A DNA stretch of 64,000 nt from Leucoraja erinacea (GCF_028641065.1 NC_073380.1:55738001-55802000); one strand, 5' to 3'; counted from the first letter of the stretch, positions 12,789 through 26,191 are shown. Made by a program: numbers and translations. Notes: generated from the letters alone by a model not told the origin.

Positions 12789-15700
12789 CATTTAAAGGGG
12801 GTCGTGAAATCAACAGTACTGTTTTGATCCCACGATAAGAAATGGACGAACGTTTAAATTAAACCTTGTAACTGTAAGCCGCGGAGCCGTGGAGCAGAGA
12901 GGCCGTGTTCGGAACTATGCTAGGATTTAAGAATTACACGACGTACATTGTACAAATATGAAACACGGCTATTTGCTTAAGATTGATTTATCAATCTTGT
13001 GCCATAAATTATAATCGGTAACACTAGGCATTTTAAGCGACGAGGTGAAAACGCCAGACCGATCAAAATCCATAAGTTGCAATGGCAGAGAAGAGGAAAC
13101 GACTCGTTCTCTCGTATCATTAGTGTCCTATATTTTTCTCCGGGCAGAGGTCATATAGAAAATAAATGAATAACATTACAGTTGTGATGAATTGCGCAAA
13201 GTATTAATTTCCTTGCATTTGATGTGTTACAATATATCTCCAATTTGTCCCGAAACCCGCATGCAAGTTGGATTGCAATGTGTCCTTGTGATTTGGAAAG
13301 AAGATCAAACCAATATATAATTTTTAAACATGAGATGGCCAATATCTTTGACATATATTTTAGAAGATTGGATATCTAGATTAATATTCTGATCCGTTAA
13401 ATAAAATAGTTCTCAGAAACATAATCTGAATTAAGACAAATAACGCAATTGGATATTGCAGCTAGAATTTTGAAATGTACCAACGGTTTTAACGCAATTG
13501 TAAATTAAACAAGTAATCATTGTCAACTACGCCAAAAAAAAAATCGATTAAAATAGAAGCAGATTTTTAAAAATAGTTTGAAGTGAATTTTATGAAACAT
13601 TAGAGCTGTCGCATATTTATGAAATATTAATGATATTGGCTAATTTTAGTGCCGTGAGAAACCTCGGGGTCATCGCTTCGTTGTGAACTCAACGGTGTTA
13701 ATATATTTGGCGTTGAAATACAAATGATGCAGAGTTGTCAAGAAGGCAAGAAGGTTGCACCGTCAAGCTAGTGGCGTCAATGGTTAGAACTATTTACAGT
13801 TGTACAGAACCAGCAGCAGTGCTCCGTGGGGGAATCGATGAAACTTTTTGAGAGTGACTTACCCCACGGACAGAGCATATTCGCCAAAACGACAACATGC
13901 CACGTCTCAAAGCTGCCGCAAACCTTTAGTGTGATGGCTTCAATGTCTGAAGTACATTACACAGAGGAAACATGTATAGACAAACGTGTGTACAATGTGT
14001 CTGGCGTTTATCATTTTAGGACAAGTCACAGCAATTGTATTGTCAGTGGGCGACATGGTAAACAGATGGCGAAGGGGAGTTGATTGCAGTGACATGGGTT
14101 TGTACTCCAGCGTTGAAGATCCATCCGGATATTCCCAATTTAAATCTACAGTAATGAATCCCTTATCACAGACTGACTGGTGCGCTCCATTTAAAACAGG
14201 ATCTTAACCTAATAAAATGAGTAAGTCATTTCAGAACACAAGATCCCGCACTCAAGTCGTAGCCAACGAAGGAAATGCTAATGTAACAATAAGATATGTG
14301 TCTCCATTAAAATCCCTTTGTTCATATGTGATTCTTGAATATACAACTAAGTTGATATCCTCCACCCTTCCCCACACAGTTCTTTTTGAGTAAAGTTATC
14401 CAATTCTGTATCGAAAATATACATTTGTTCGTATAAAGAACGCCCTTCAATTTTCAATTCTCCATGTAAAACGAAACACAGAGACCATTTTCTTTCGAAA
14501 CGGCCTTGACATTGCATTTCCTATAATATTTAATTTTCTTAGGGGGGTGAGGCCATGCGACATCATAATGTCAACAAGCCTTTTAAAACGACACCTCGTT
14601 GTGTAATGAAACGTATAATAGCATAATTATCGTAAGGATTAGTCTTTTTATAAACCAATGATTGGATTAAAATGTCAATGATATCATTGTAGGTGTTTAA
14701 ATCACCCATCTTTCGTTTGCAAAGTAATATCATAAACTCAACAAAAGTTGAGTGTTAGCTCGATGCATATATTGCACAATCTCCGTGAAATATATGAAGA
14801 CTTAACCTTGATTTTATTTATTGGGTTGCCAGGGTCAGTGTCTTGTGACTGCGGCATTAATGGCGACATATTATGTTTGGCTGTCAATGTCCTTCAGTAT
14901 CGCGGAGTTACATTATAATGTAATCATTACACACTAACAGTTCCCCTGATTGAGTAGTAACAATCCTAAACACGTGAGTAATATTTTTGTATCCAAGGTT
15001 TCTACCCAAATCTTCGGGAGGGCCCCGGTGATTTTTTTTCGTGCAGTAAACGGGGTTACTTTTCAGGAAGAAGTTTGGATATTGCCACAGATGCCTTTGG
15101 AAAAGTTTGTAAAACAACTTGTGCAATGTGCTAGTTCAGAAAACTCAGATCAGCCGAGTCAATTGAAGACCGAAATAGCAATAAACGGGCAAAATAAATC
15201 AAGCGGGCTATAAATTGTGATAGAATTTTTAACGACACCTTGGAGTTCCAAATACGATTCGTCAGTTTTTTATCATTGTTTTGATAGATTGTTCCCAATA
15301 TCAGTCCCACCCACCAGCGAGCACGAGTATTTAAAACGTCCGAGAGCAATGCAACGTTTTGAGTTCCCAAATGCATTTCACCTTAAATATATGATTCTGA
15401 TTATTGTCATTCGCTTTCACTTTCTCTATCTCATTATTTATCTTCGCTATTCTCCACCCTCTGCCGATGAAAAGGGGGAAAAAACATTCGAGACAGATCA
15501 GATTAAAACACTCTTATATTTACCAATATCTTGCTGAATGCACAGAATACATTCACATTCATGCCGAAGCTTTTCCGGTATATTTTACAACAAATTATTG
15601 CAGTCCAAACGGTATCGATTAAGAAATAATGGATTTACATCTAATTCAACTGCTGTCCCGTTAAGGGAGTGGAGGTGGATGAGGATTTTCGAGAAGGGGT

Positions 15701-17092
15701 GAGATGTTGAGAGGCAGAATGGTTATCTGTATGTAAACATTTTTTGATGAACATATATGGTGGATCCCTATGATGATGGTTTCACCAAATTTGTGAAACC
15801 GCCACTATTTCTACATGTAGTGCAAAAACTAGGGACCGTTCTCACAAAATCACATACCACCGATTCCTCTTTCATCGAGTAAGAATTATTTTGTAAGTGT
15901 AATTGCTTTTAGAGATTGAATCATTAAAATTAAAGTCATATAAATTCAAATGTAAACAAGATGCCCAGGAATCAAATTAAACCAAGACGCGGGAAAGGTT
16001 TGATACTTTGGAGCTGAATGCTGTCTTTAGTTTAATCGTAGTCCTCAAAAACATATCTTGAGAATGAAACACCCTCTGTGGATTGGGAACATTTTAGTTT
16101 ATTTATTCTGTATTATTCATTATTTATTCTGTAATTAATCAGCGGAAGCATTAATCTTAGTTTTGACAATGTTCCGTTACTTAAAAGTATTATTGACGTT
16201 TGACTTGGATGACTTTATTAAAATATTGCAATTGAGTCACAGATAGAGTAAGTTACTGCATATTATTTGTGGCCTAGGCATGTGGCTTTGACTTCGTGAA
16301 GGCAGGAGCTTACGTTTACGTGTAAATGTCATGTTCGACCCTTTGAAATGTTCTGATGTTGTGTTTGTGAAACCCAACTTAATGGTCCCATTTCTAAAGC
16401 AGCACAGTGAAAGAAAAAGACATCCTATTAACCAATTCGCCTTCCAATACAGCGTCGATAAAATCAGATTTAATGTGAACTCTCTTTAAGGCAAAGAGAA
16501 TGAAACATCTTTTTCCAAGTGTCCGCGCTTTGAAGAGGGCTTCACAAGACCGCTATTCTGTTTGGCGGAGACCGAGAAACCGGAGAACCCGTTACATGTA
16601 ACTTGATAGTGGCGGACTGTGCAAAGCTTATGCAAAGAGGACTGGCGACTTCTAAAGCTGAAGTGAATCTTACTCACACGAATAGCTATGAGCGAAATAT
16701 TTTTGTGATATTGGCTAATCCTTGTCCGAGTGGATTTCGGGTGCAGAGGACATTAAACTGCCCGTCACCACCAATAAGCCATTACTGTCGGCAGCAAGCC
16801 CATGGATCCCATTTCTCAACTACGCCGTTTTTTATTTCTGGGAAATTAACACTTGTTTATTTCCCTCTTAAATTTAGAACTAAGTAGGCGGGTCAACCAA
16901 TCAGCACCGGGCTGTAGGGGCATGGCTGATCCAAACAACCTTCAGACATAAGTTTGCTTCCAACCTTTCAACGTGACCTGTGCTTCTTGTAGGAGAAAGT
17001 GAAGTGGAGCCAAATATCTCACGGGTCACGGGGCGAGAGTGAATGTGTTCCTTTCAGCTCACGTCCAGCGCTGTCGATCCACTTACAACTTG

Positions 17093-17775
17093 GGAGTCAA
17101 GAGTGCTTTATTGCCACACATCCCGAAACGGAATAATTAAATTCTTATTTACAGCAGCACGGCAGATATGTAAACACAGGACTCAGTAGACAGCATAATA
17201 AACAACACAAATAAGTCCAATGTATAGTGTAGGAAGAAAGTGCAGATGCTGGTTTAAACCGAGTTTAGTTGGAGTTCGTAGTCTTTAATAGCGTGTGTTT
17301 AAGAAGGAACTGCAGATGCTGGAAAATGGAAGGTACACAAAAAAATGCTGGAGAAACTCAGCGGGTGCAGCAGCATCTATGGAGGGAAGGAAATATGCAA
17401 CGTTTCGGGTCGAAACCCTTCTTCAGACTGATGGTTTATCTTTAATAGCGTGATGGTTGTTGGGAAGAAGCTGCTCCTGAACCTGGACGTTCCAATTTTA
17501 AAGTTCCTATACCTTCTTCCCGATGGCAGGAGTGAAATGAGAGCGTGGTGGTGTGACGACGTGGGCCTCTGATGATGTTGGCTGCCTTTATGAGGCAGCG
17601 CCTTCTATAGATCACTTCGGTGGTGGGGATGGTCAGTACACGGGATGGACTGGGCAGTGTTCACCACTTTTTGCAAGCTTCTTCGCTCCTGGGCGTTCGA
17701 GTTGCTGAACCAACCCGTGATGCAACCAGTCAATGTGCTGCCTACCGTACACGTGTAGAAGTTCAAAATAGTATA
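17093..17775 (-). mobile_element. Rex1/Babar-type LINE 3' fragment with nested Penelope-derived inserts
   Basis: ORF 17605-17790 (FYTCTVGSTLTGCITGWF..QERRSLQKVVNTAQSI) parallels the C-terminus of the 35.5-37.8 kb RT ORF; gagtcaagag tail. Confidence 0.7.
17296..17438 (-). mobile_element. Penelope-derived repeat with 14-bp TSD
   Basis: Flanked by tctttaatagcgtg at 17282-17295 and 17439-17452. Confidence 0.85.
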
Positions 17776-18153
17776 GTGTGTCACATTCAATAATTAAACC
17801 ACGGTCCACCCTTGAAAGACCTTATTTCGTGTATATTTTGGATGCACGTTCATTTGAACAAGTTTTAGAAACCAGATGGGAGATGTGCGTTAACACGGGT
17901 GCAATTCCGACAAAACACATTTCAAGCATTGATCCGTTGCAGACTATAATGAAACACATGTGGCTTTGACTTGGATAAAATTGGTTATTGAATATAATTA
18001 CAAATCTGTACACATCTAATTGGTCCAGTTGATAGCTGGCATTGGCAGCACACTGATCCAAGCAACATTTGAAACGTTTCAGCGTACTCTAACTCTGGGT
18101 CTGGATGTACTTCACTGTAAAGGTCTAGGTAGAACATCATTCAGCACTGGACA

Positions 18154-18249
18154 GTCTGAAGAAGGGTTTCGGCCCGAAACGTTGCCTATTTCCTTCGCTC
18201 CATAGATGCTGCTGCACCCGCTGAGTTTCTCCAGCTTTTCTGTGTAACC
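18154..18249 (+). mobile_element. Penelope-derived repeat with 7-bp TSD
   Basis: gtctgaagaagggtttcggcccgaaacg...gtgtaacc, matching 31266-31361; ctggaca on both flanks. Confidence 0.85.
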
Positions 18250-18284
18250 CTGGACAATCTTATACTGGACATTTTTTACATTTT

Positions 18285-18601
18285 ACATAGAAACATATAC
18301 ACATAGAAAATAGGTGCAGGAGTAGGCCATCCGGCCCTTCGAGCCTGCACCGCCATTCAATATGATCATGACTGATCATCCAACTCAGTATCCCGTACCT
18401 ACCTTCTCTCCATACCCCCTGATCCCTTTAGCCACAAGGGCCACATCTAACTCCCTCTTAAATATAGCCAATGAACTGGCCTCAATTACCTTCTGTGGCA
18501 GAGAATTCCAGAGATTCGCCACTCTCTGTGTGAAAAATGTTTTTCTCATCTCGGTCCTAAAAGGATTTCCCCCTTATCCTTAAACTCTGACCCCTTGTTC
18601 T
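18285..18601 (-). mobile_element. CR1 LINE 3' fragment, (TTCTATGT)-tail family
   Basis: Reverse complement is close to 27940-28246. Confidence 0.85.
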
Positions 18602-18602
18602 A

Positions 18603-18778
18603 AATTAATTTACAAGCCAATTAACCTACAAACCTGTAGGTCTTTGGACTGTGGGAGGAAATCACGGGGCGAACGTACAAACTCCATATAGCCAGCACCC
18701 GTCGGGATCGAACCCAGATCTCTGGCGCTGCATTTTGCTGGAAGACAGCAACTCTACCGCTGCGCCACCGTGACCGCC
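18603..18778 (-). mobile_element. V-SINE/HE1-like SINE
   Basis: aattaacctacaaacctg...gggaggaaa...gggatcgaaccc...ctctaccgctgcgccaccgtg (tRNA-like head and V-domain, reversed). Confidence 0.75.
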
Positions 18779-18824
18779 TCTAGATATCCGACGAGCGCAT
18801 CCATTCCATTCTTAAAACAAAGTC

Positions 18825-19345
18825 TGGCGGAAATCAGCGGGTCAGGTAGATCTGAGGAAGGAAATGAAAAGACGACGTAAGGGTCGGGTCTCTTCTTCAG
18901 GCGGATTCAGGAAGAAAGACACAGAGCGCTCGAGCAACCCAGCGACTCCGGCAGCATCTCTGGAGAGCAGAGATCAACAAAGTTCCGGGTCCGCACTTTT
19001 CTTCAGAAGAAGGATCCGGACACGAAGCGTAACCTATCCTTTATCTCCGGAGATGCTGAGTTACTCCAGCACTTTGTGCCTTTTATTTTTTTGTAAACCG
19101 GCATCTGCAGTTCATTGTCTCAACGTTCCGAAGAGTCCAACCCGAAACAGCATCTGTCCATTAAACGGCGCGGAGCGCTGGAGTATCTCAACAGGTCAGG
19201 CAGCATTGGTAAATTCCTGATTAGTTTGGCTGTCAGGGTCATGGGGAGGAGGCAGGAAAATGGGATTGAGAGGGAAAGATAGATCAGCTATGATTGAATG
19301 GCGGAGTGGACTTGACGGGGCGAATGGCCTAATTCTGCTTCTAGA
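18825..19345. mobile_element. Cluster of degenerate Penelope-derived repeats and a CR1 3' tail
   Basis: Repeated tcagcgggtcagg / ccgaaac motifs in both orientations; CR1 tail at 19220-19345. Confidence 0.65.
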
Positions 19346-19586
19346 ACTAATGAACATAAACTTCTGAACTCTTGTGTCTCCATTCTATTCATGGCGATCA
19401 TTGCCTGAACATCATCGAAACCCGTGATGCTCACAATTGTAAACCTGTTGCGGTTAAGTTTCTGGCCCAGATAGAAAAGCAACATCTTTCTTGCGCTGCG
19501 GACCTGGCTCAATAAGAACGTTTATCCAGTCTGGACAGTTGGGAACAACAGCCAGGCTGAACCCCTCACTGCGAGGTGATCGTCCC

Positions 19587-19806
19587 CCCTGTCCCACTTA
19601 GGAAACCTGAACGGAAACCTCTGGAGACTTTGCGCCCCACCCAAGGTTTCCGTGTGGTTCTCGGAGGTTGCAGGTGGTTCCTGGAGGTTGCAGGTAGTGG
19701 AAGCAGGTAGGGAGACTGACAAAACCCTCCGGGAACCTCACGGAAACCTTGGGTGGGGCGCAAAGTCTCCAGAGGTTTCCGTTCAGGTTTCCTAAGTGGG
19801 ACAGGG
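19587..19806. mobile_element. 220-bp MITE with long TIRs
   Basis: 68-bp perfect inverted repeat starting ccctgtcccacttaggaaacctgaacgg, extending to about 81 bp with 2 mismatches; internal ggaggttgcaggt repeats. Confidence 0.9.
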
Positions 19807-20069
19807 TACCTGATATTAAACCAGATTCCCGTGTGTTCTCGTACAGGATCACTTGGCTTGCCCGAGGAAGAGCAAGGACGCTATCGCTGTCGCTGTTGCT
19901 CCGGGCCCTCAACCAACTGGTTGCTGATTGTAAAGCCCTGCTCAAATTGACGGTGGCAATTCCAATAAATAACATACTGTACTAAATAGGAATTTCATTG
20001 TTCCGTTTGGGTACATATGACTATTCAACACTTGACTCTCTCTCTCTTGACTCTCGAACCAGCGGCGGG

Positions 20070-20355
20070 AGAGACGCAGCGCGCAGAGGAGTTGCCTCGC
20101 AGTGCCAGAAACTCCGGTTCGACCCTGATCCCGGGTGCTGTCTGTGTGGAGTTTGCACGTTCACCCTGTCACCGCATGGGGTTCCTCAGCTGCTCCGGTT
20201 TCCTCCCACATCCCAAAGTTTAATTGTCCTCTGTATACCCACTCCTGCTGTGTAGGGAGTGGGTGAGAACGTGACATAACATGGAACTAGAGTGAATGTT
20301 TTGCGTGCATTCGGTGGGCCGAAGGGCCTCTTTCTCTGCTGTATCTCTAATCTAA
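20070..20355 (+). mobile_element. V-SINE/HE1-like SINE
   Basis: ccggttcgaccctg B-box-like head; gtgtggagtttgcacgtt...ctccggtttcctcccacatcccaaag V-domain; CR1-derived gggccgaagggcct tail. Confidence 0.8.
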
Positions 20356-20937
20356 GCTCTGCTTCAAGAGTACTTTTACAAATCCGTAAAGGCGTTGTGC
20401 CTTAGGATGAGAAAGGCGCCATATAAATGTGTTATTCTCCCTATTAACGCGGGAAATACATATTAAATTTATATTTTACATATTTGGGTTGTCCAGTGAG
20501 AACCTGTCCATTAGATGGAAATAGTTTGCAACCATGGGGCCTGCGGCATTGAGGTTTGAAACACATTAAAAAGCAGCCAAAAAGCGCGGATGACGCGTCT
20601 TTTACTGGCCACTTTCTGGCGCTGTAACTCTTAACGCGTTTTACATTTAAACTTATTTTGCCGCCGATTCCTAACGCCACCGATTCGTGTTGCTCATTCG
20701 AGCTGAGATCAGTTTGCGACAGGATTTCACCCCTTTGGGCAGTGACAAGTGATGTTATTGAGCCGTGGGATCTTTGGGAACAAAAAAAATCATCAAAGTT
20801 AATCGTAGAAAAAATAATGACACCATTTTACTTGTTGCGTGGACTCGGTGGGACGAAGGGCCTGTTTCAATGCTGCATCTCAATACGGTATATGGCTAGG
20901 GGGATTTCACGCCGACCCCTTCACTACTTGCATGTTA

Positions 20938-21129
20938 TCTCACGGCAATGCACCCCGACTCAAGAGGTCAGCTATTTCAAGGGTGGAAAAATATATAGTC
21001 TTTCTTTCCTATTGACTGATTTACGTTCCCTCCAACGACTTACATCGGGATTGCAGTCTCGTTTATAATTTAACGATTGAAATCAAACGACTCTTTAGTC
21101 TTTCACTAAAAGCAGTAAGGAAGGAAAAG

Positions 21130-21193
<64 letters not shown>

Positions 21194-21362
21194 TTGAAAG
21201 TCGGGGTTTTGCATTTTTTGCATTACGGTGAAATACCCCCCCAGACAAAAAACACCCCCAACCACCCCACCCCCCCCCCCCCACCCCCCCCCCCCCCCCC
21301 CCCCCCCCACCCCCAATTTTGAAACTGGCTGACCTCTTGAGTCGGGGTGCATTACGGTGAGG
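20938..21362. mobile_element. MITE with ~43-bp imperfect TIRs and TA flanks (Tc1/mariner-like)
   Basis: ta|tctcacggcaatgcaccccgactcaagaggtcagctatttcaa ... ttgaaactggctgacctcttgagtcggggtgcattacggtgagg|ta; interior contains poly-C of doubtful quality. Confidence 0.75.
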
Positions 21363-21449
21363 TACCAGTTTTTCTTTGCAGATCCAGGCAGACTGTGCAG
21401 AACAACAGCCGGAGGACGATGAAAAGGTCCAAATCTAAACACAACGCCC

Positions 21450-22280
21450 AGAGGAACTCAGCGGGTCAGGCAGCATCTGTGGAGGGAACTGACGAACGAC
21501 GTTTCGGATCGGGTCCCTTCTTCTGAGTTTCTGGAGATTCCAGCATCTGCAGTTCCTTGTGTCCACTTCGTTGCTCCACCTTCGCCCATATATCTCAATG
21601 GGGATAGACACAAAATGCTGGAGTAACTCAGCGGGTCAAGCAGCATCTCTGGAGAAAATAAATATGTGACGTTTCGGGTCGAGACCCTTCTTCAAACCGT
21701 CTAAAGAAGTCTGAAGAAGAGTCTTGACCCGAAACCTCACCTAGTCCTTTTCTCTGGAGTTGCTGCCTGACCTGCTGAGTTACTTCAACTTTTCGTGTTT
21801 ATCTGCGGTGTACATCAGCATCTGCATTTCCCCCCTGTACCTTGTGTCTGTTCCACTGCGAAATCTCCTCGAGGTATGCCTACTTTGAAGAAGTCCTCCC
21901 CCTCTCTCCGACGAGAGTTCTGCAAGTCTGAAGAAGGGTCTCGACCCGAAACACCACCTATCCATGTTCTCCAGAGATCCTGCCTGACCTGCTGAGTTGC
22001 TCCAGCATTTTGTGTCTACGATGTATCAGCAGTTCCCGACATTTCTCAATGGGCAACCTATTGCGCTTCGCCCGAGCTGTATAGATTTGGGGACATTAAT
22101 TTTGCACTATTATTGTCTATTTATTTGTCTGTTTTTGTAATAGATATTTACTGCCTTTTTTGTGTAGGAAGGAACTGAAGATACCTGTTTACACGGACGA
22201 TAGACACAAAATGCTGGATTAATTCTGCGCGTCAGGCAGCTTCTCCGGAGAAAAGGAAGAGCAGACCCTTCATCAGACTA
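21450..22280. mobile_element. Cluster of Penelope-derived repeats in both orientations
   Basis: At least five copies of the ctgaagaagggtctcgacccgaaac / gatgctgcctgacc / ctgagttactccagca unit. Confidence 0.75.
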
Positions 22281-22459
22281 TTTTGTTGTTTATTATGGGG
22301 TTTACAGAGTACTGTGTTTACATATATGTTGTGCTGCTGCAACTAAGAATTCCATCCTTCCGTTTCGGGATATATGAAACATACGAAACATACTTGACAT
22401 TTGACTCTTGATTAGGCGGCGTTTCGGATCGGGGATATTTTTTCAGACTGTAACTGTTA

Positions 22460-22660
22460 CTGCATCTAAGGCCTCAACACCTGGGATATTGGCCAGGAAG
22501 ATGATATTCATCCATCCAGTGAATTTGGAGGATTTTGTGAAGATAACATTGATGGCATTTTAAGTGCCCCGAGGTGCTGCCATAGGTAGTCAAAAGTACA
22601 TGACAGGGCAGACATTTCTGTCACCCAATAGATCATGGATGTTGTGCGTCAAATACCACT
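22460..22660 (-). mobile_element. Old RTE-type LINE fragment
   Basis: Minus strand reads ..HQCYLHKILQIHWMD...ANIPGVEA (with frameshifts), like the RTE C-terminal HQRCLRKIL.I.WQD..ANIPSIE motif. Confidence 0.55.
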
Positions 22661-23399
22661 TGAACAATGGTACTTGGTAGTTGGTGTTCCATATCTGCTG
22701 ATATAGATTCAAATCATATTTTCTTTGAAAACTAGCACTGTACCAAAGGCATGGGGGAATTGGGAAAGACGGGATTCGTGTTCACAGAGCCGGGAAGTAT
22801 ACTTTAACGACGCTTCATTTTATACGTAGCAGTAAGGGAATTGTAGCTTCTAATGTAATTCCGCCCAACATTAAGACATTTGGACAGGTACTTGGATAAG
22901 ATAGGTTTAGAGGGATATGGACCATGCGCAGGCAGAAGGGACTAGTGTAGATGGAGCATCTTGGTCAGCATGGGGAATATGGACAGAAAATGCCCGTTTC
23001 CAAGCAGCATGATTCTTAAGTACAAAGGTCTGAAGTCTCACACCACCAAGTTCAGGAACGGTTACTTTCCCACAACCATCCGGTTCTTGAGCCAACCTAC
23101 ACAACTCTCATCGACAATGGAACCCTCCTTCAGACTGACCCGAAACGTCACCTATTTCTTCGCTCCATGGATGCTGCCTCACCCGCTGAGTTTCTCCAGC
23201 ATTTTTGTCTACCATCTGCAGTTCCTTTTTAAACACTAAATAAGGCTCATCTCTTGCACTACCGTGAACTTGTGTTTGTTTTCTAATTATTTTTGCTCTG
23301 AAATCTTGTTTTTCTGCGTGGCATTCTTTCTTTTGGAATTTTATGCGTAATTGATGTATAATGTATGTATAATTTGTTTTGTTTTGTGTGTTTGAGTCT

Positions 23400-23880
23400 A
23401 TATTCAGCAACTTCTACAGATGCACCAGAGAAAGCATTTTATCGGGATGCACCACAGCTTGGAGGACCAGACTATCACAACCTCTCCTCCGTTGACTTCA
23501 TTCATACTGCACGCTGCCTCGGCAAGGCCAGCAGCGTAATTAAGGATGGCCACTCCTTCTTCTCCCCTCTCCCATCGGGCAAAAGCTGTAAAAGCGTACC
23601 TCCAGAATCAGGGACAGTTTCTTCCCAGCTGTTAGCAGGCAATTGAATCATCCTACCACAACCAGAGAGCACTGCTGAAGTACCATCTACCTCATTGGTG
23701 ACCCTCGGGCCACCCTTAATCGGACGTTGCGCCTTACATTAAACGTTAATCCCGTATCATGTATCTATACACTGTAAATGGCTAGATTGTAATCGTGATT
23801 TGTCTTTCCGATGACTGGTTAGCATGCAACAAAAGCTTTTCACTGTACCTCGATACAAGTGACAATAAATTAAGCTGAAC
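23400..23880 (+). mobile_element. Rex1-type LINE 3' end
   Basis: ORF remnant SSVDFIHTARCLGKASSVIKDGHSFFSPLPSGK; tail tgactggttagcatgcaacaaaagcttttcactgtacc..gacaataaa, which recurs near 35050, 46720, 54980 and 63980. Confidence 0.7.
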
Positions 23881-24042
23881 CGGAGTGATCATAGAACATA
23901 TAAGAAGGTGAGGAATAAGAATGAAGGATGGTGGTCATTACGCATGGAAACAGACCCTTCGGTTACCGTGTTGTTGCTGGCGAGCTTGGTTTCCTCTGAA
24001 AAATGGTTTCGACGTCGCCAGTCCGTTTTCTCCAGGTGTACA

Positions 24043-24365
24043 GTGTAGGAAGGAACTACAGATGCTGGTTTAAACCGAAGATAGACACAAACGATGGAGT
24101 AACTCAGCGGGACAGGCATCATCTCTGGGGAGAAGGAATGGGTGACGTTTCGGGTCGAGGCCCTTCTTCAGACTGGCCCTTCTTCAAATCCTCACTCGGA
24201 CTGGGTCTGAAGAAGGGTCTCGACCCGAAACATCACCCTTTCCTTCTCTCCATAGATGCTGCCTGTCCCGCTGGGTTTCTCCAGGTGTGCAGCCTGACCC
24301 ATTGAGTTATTCCAGCACTTTATGTCCCTTTGTGTCCATTTGTAATCTGGAGTTCTTTATTTCTG
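24043..24365. mobile_element. Penelope-derived inverted pair with long TSD, nested in an older copy
   Basis: Minus copy 24043-24175, plus copy from 24203; tttctccaggtgt(a/g)cag on both flanks. Confidence 0.75.
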
Positions 24366-24727
24366 CCTATTATACTCACCATTTTTTAAACCATGTCTTT
24401 CCTGTGTCATTTCAAGCACTCATGTAACTAATTTCAGTACATACTTCTTAAGAATAGTGAATTCCTGGCTCACCGTCATTGCTTTCCGGATTGAAAATAA
24501 AATCCTTCCTGAAACGCTCTCAAAATCTCCCTCCTAAGCTTATAGATACCCCTGTTATGATAACTATCTCACTATCTATTTCCTCCACGCACCTCATAAT
24601 GTTATATCCCCCTAGTTCAGATCTTCACCCAACCTTCTCAACTGCTAAAGGAGATAGTCCAGTTTACCAGTTTCTTCTCATTCCTTAAATACACTGTGTT
24701 CCAACAACGTCCAGAAGCAGGCATCAT

Positions 24728-24935
24728 GTGTAGGAAGGAACTGCAGATGCTGGTTTACACCGAAGATAGACACAAAGTGCTGGAGTAACACATTGGGCCA
24801 GGCAGCATCTCTGGGGGATATGGATAGGTGACGTTTCGGGTCGAGACACTTCTTCAGACTGAACCAGAAACGTCGCCTATCCATATTCTCCAGGGATGCT
24901 GCCTGACCCGCTGAGCTTCTCCAGCACTTTGTGTC
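24728..24935. mobile_element. Penelope-derived inverted pair
   Basis: tgtaggaaggaactgcagatgc...cttcttcagactg, then gaaacgtcgcctatcc...ccagcactttgtgtc. Confidence 0.75.
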
Positions 24936-26191
24936 AGACATCTAGACGCATCTCCTTTGAACTATTTCCAATATAATCACACCGTTCACTCGAGTGTGAG
25001 ACGACCAGACAGTTTAAGCAGAGTGCTGCTGTGACCTGCAATACGTCGCCCGTGAAAGACTGGGGACAAACAAATTCTGTTTACAACTTTTGAAAGGGAA
25101 TCGGCTCATTGCTTTTAGAGGATTCATTCACAAGGATTTGGAGGTCGGCGCATCACAGCAATAGTTCCGGGGGAGAACCGACACGCGTACGAAGCCCCTG
25201 CAGTCCCGCGTTGTGTTCTGTTTCAGATTATTGCTTGGATTGACCAGTCTTATACCAGAGGTTATAAAAATAAAGCGCTGGGGGAAGTCAGCGGCTTAGA
25301 CAGCATCTGTGGAGGGAAATGGACAGACGACGTTTCGGGTCGAGATCCTTCTTCAGCGGTGTAGGAAGGAACTCCAGATGCTGGTTTGCACTGAAGATGG
25401 ACACAACATGCTGGAGTAACTCAGCGGGTCAGGCAGCATCTCTGGAGAAAAGAAATGGTCGACGTTTCGGGGCCCTTCTTCTTTAATAGCCTGATGGTTG
25501 AAGGGAAAAAGTTGCCCCTGAACCTGGACGTTGCAGTTTGCAGGCTCTTTCCTATACTTTCTTCCCGATAGCATGCAAAACAAAGCTTACCATGTTGTGC
25601 CCCGGTGCGCGTTACAGTAATACGCCTAAAACTAAACCTCGTGGGTTAAGACCATCTTTCTTCCCACCTTGCCCCCCTCCCCCCACCTCCCATCCTTGTT
25701 TTCATTAACGTAGCGAAAAGTTTCTTTGGAAACGTTGAAGTTATTTCTGCAGCTTATTTCTAAATGTACAGCTTAGGCAGCGGAGTATCTCCAAACCACA
25801 ACAGCCCGAAACAATTTGGCGGCTGAATCAAAAGTTAAAAAAGCCACATCTGAATCTCTCCACGCAGCGGTTACTGTCCACTGTTTTCAACTGATCGGCA
25901 TTTAGACTCAAGTTGACAAGCGAGAATTTCCAAGTCACCTTAAGGAACGCACTGAGAACGGCCTTGGGGAAATTATTTGCACAATGAACAATGCACATTG
26001 AAAACACTTTGGAGATTAGAGACGAGCAGAGGTCAAATAGACACAACTTGGAAATTAAATAAAAATAAAAACGTGTCCGTCAAACAACTGTAGCAACAAA
26101 GGTAAAAACAAAGAAACCCCTCATCTTTTATAATAACATTAATAAATATGAAGGACTGGGTGATTGATACACCAATCATTCGCGGCAAATA

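Noticed and set aside
21130-21315. Long poly-C runs giving poly-Gly ORFs, with a garbled second copy of the MITE TIR
   Set aside because: Probably a homopolymer sequencing or assembly artefact; the same caution applies to poly-G/C near 2936, 33602 and 53604
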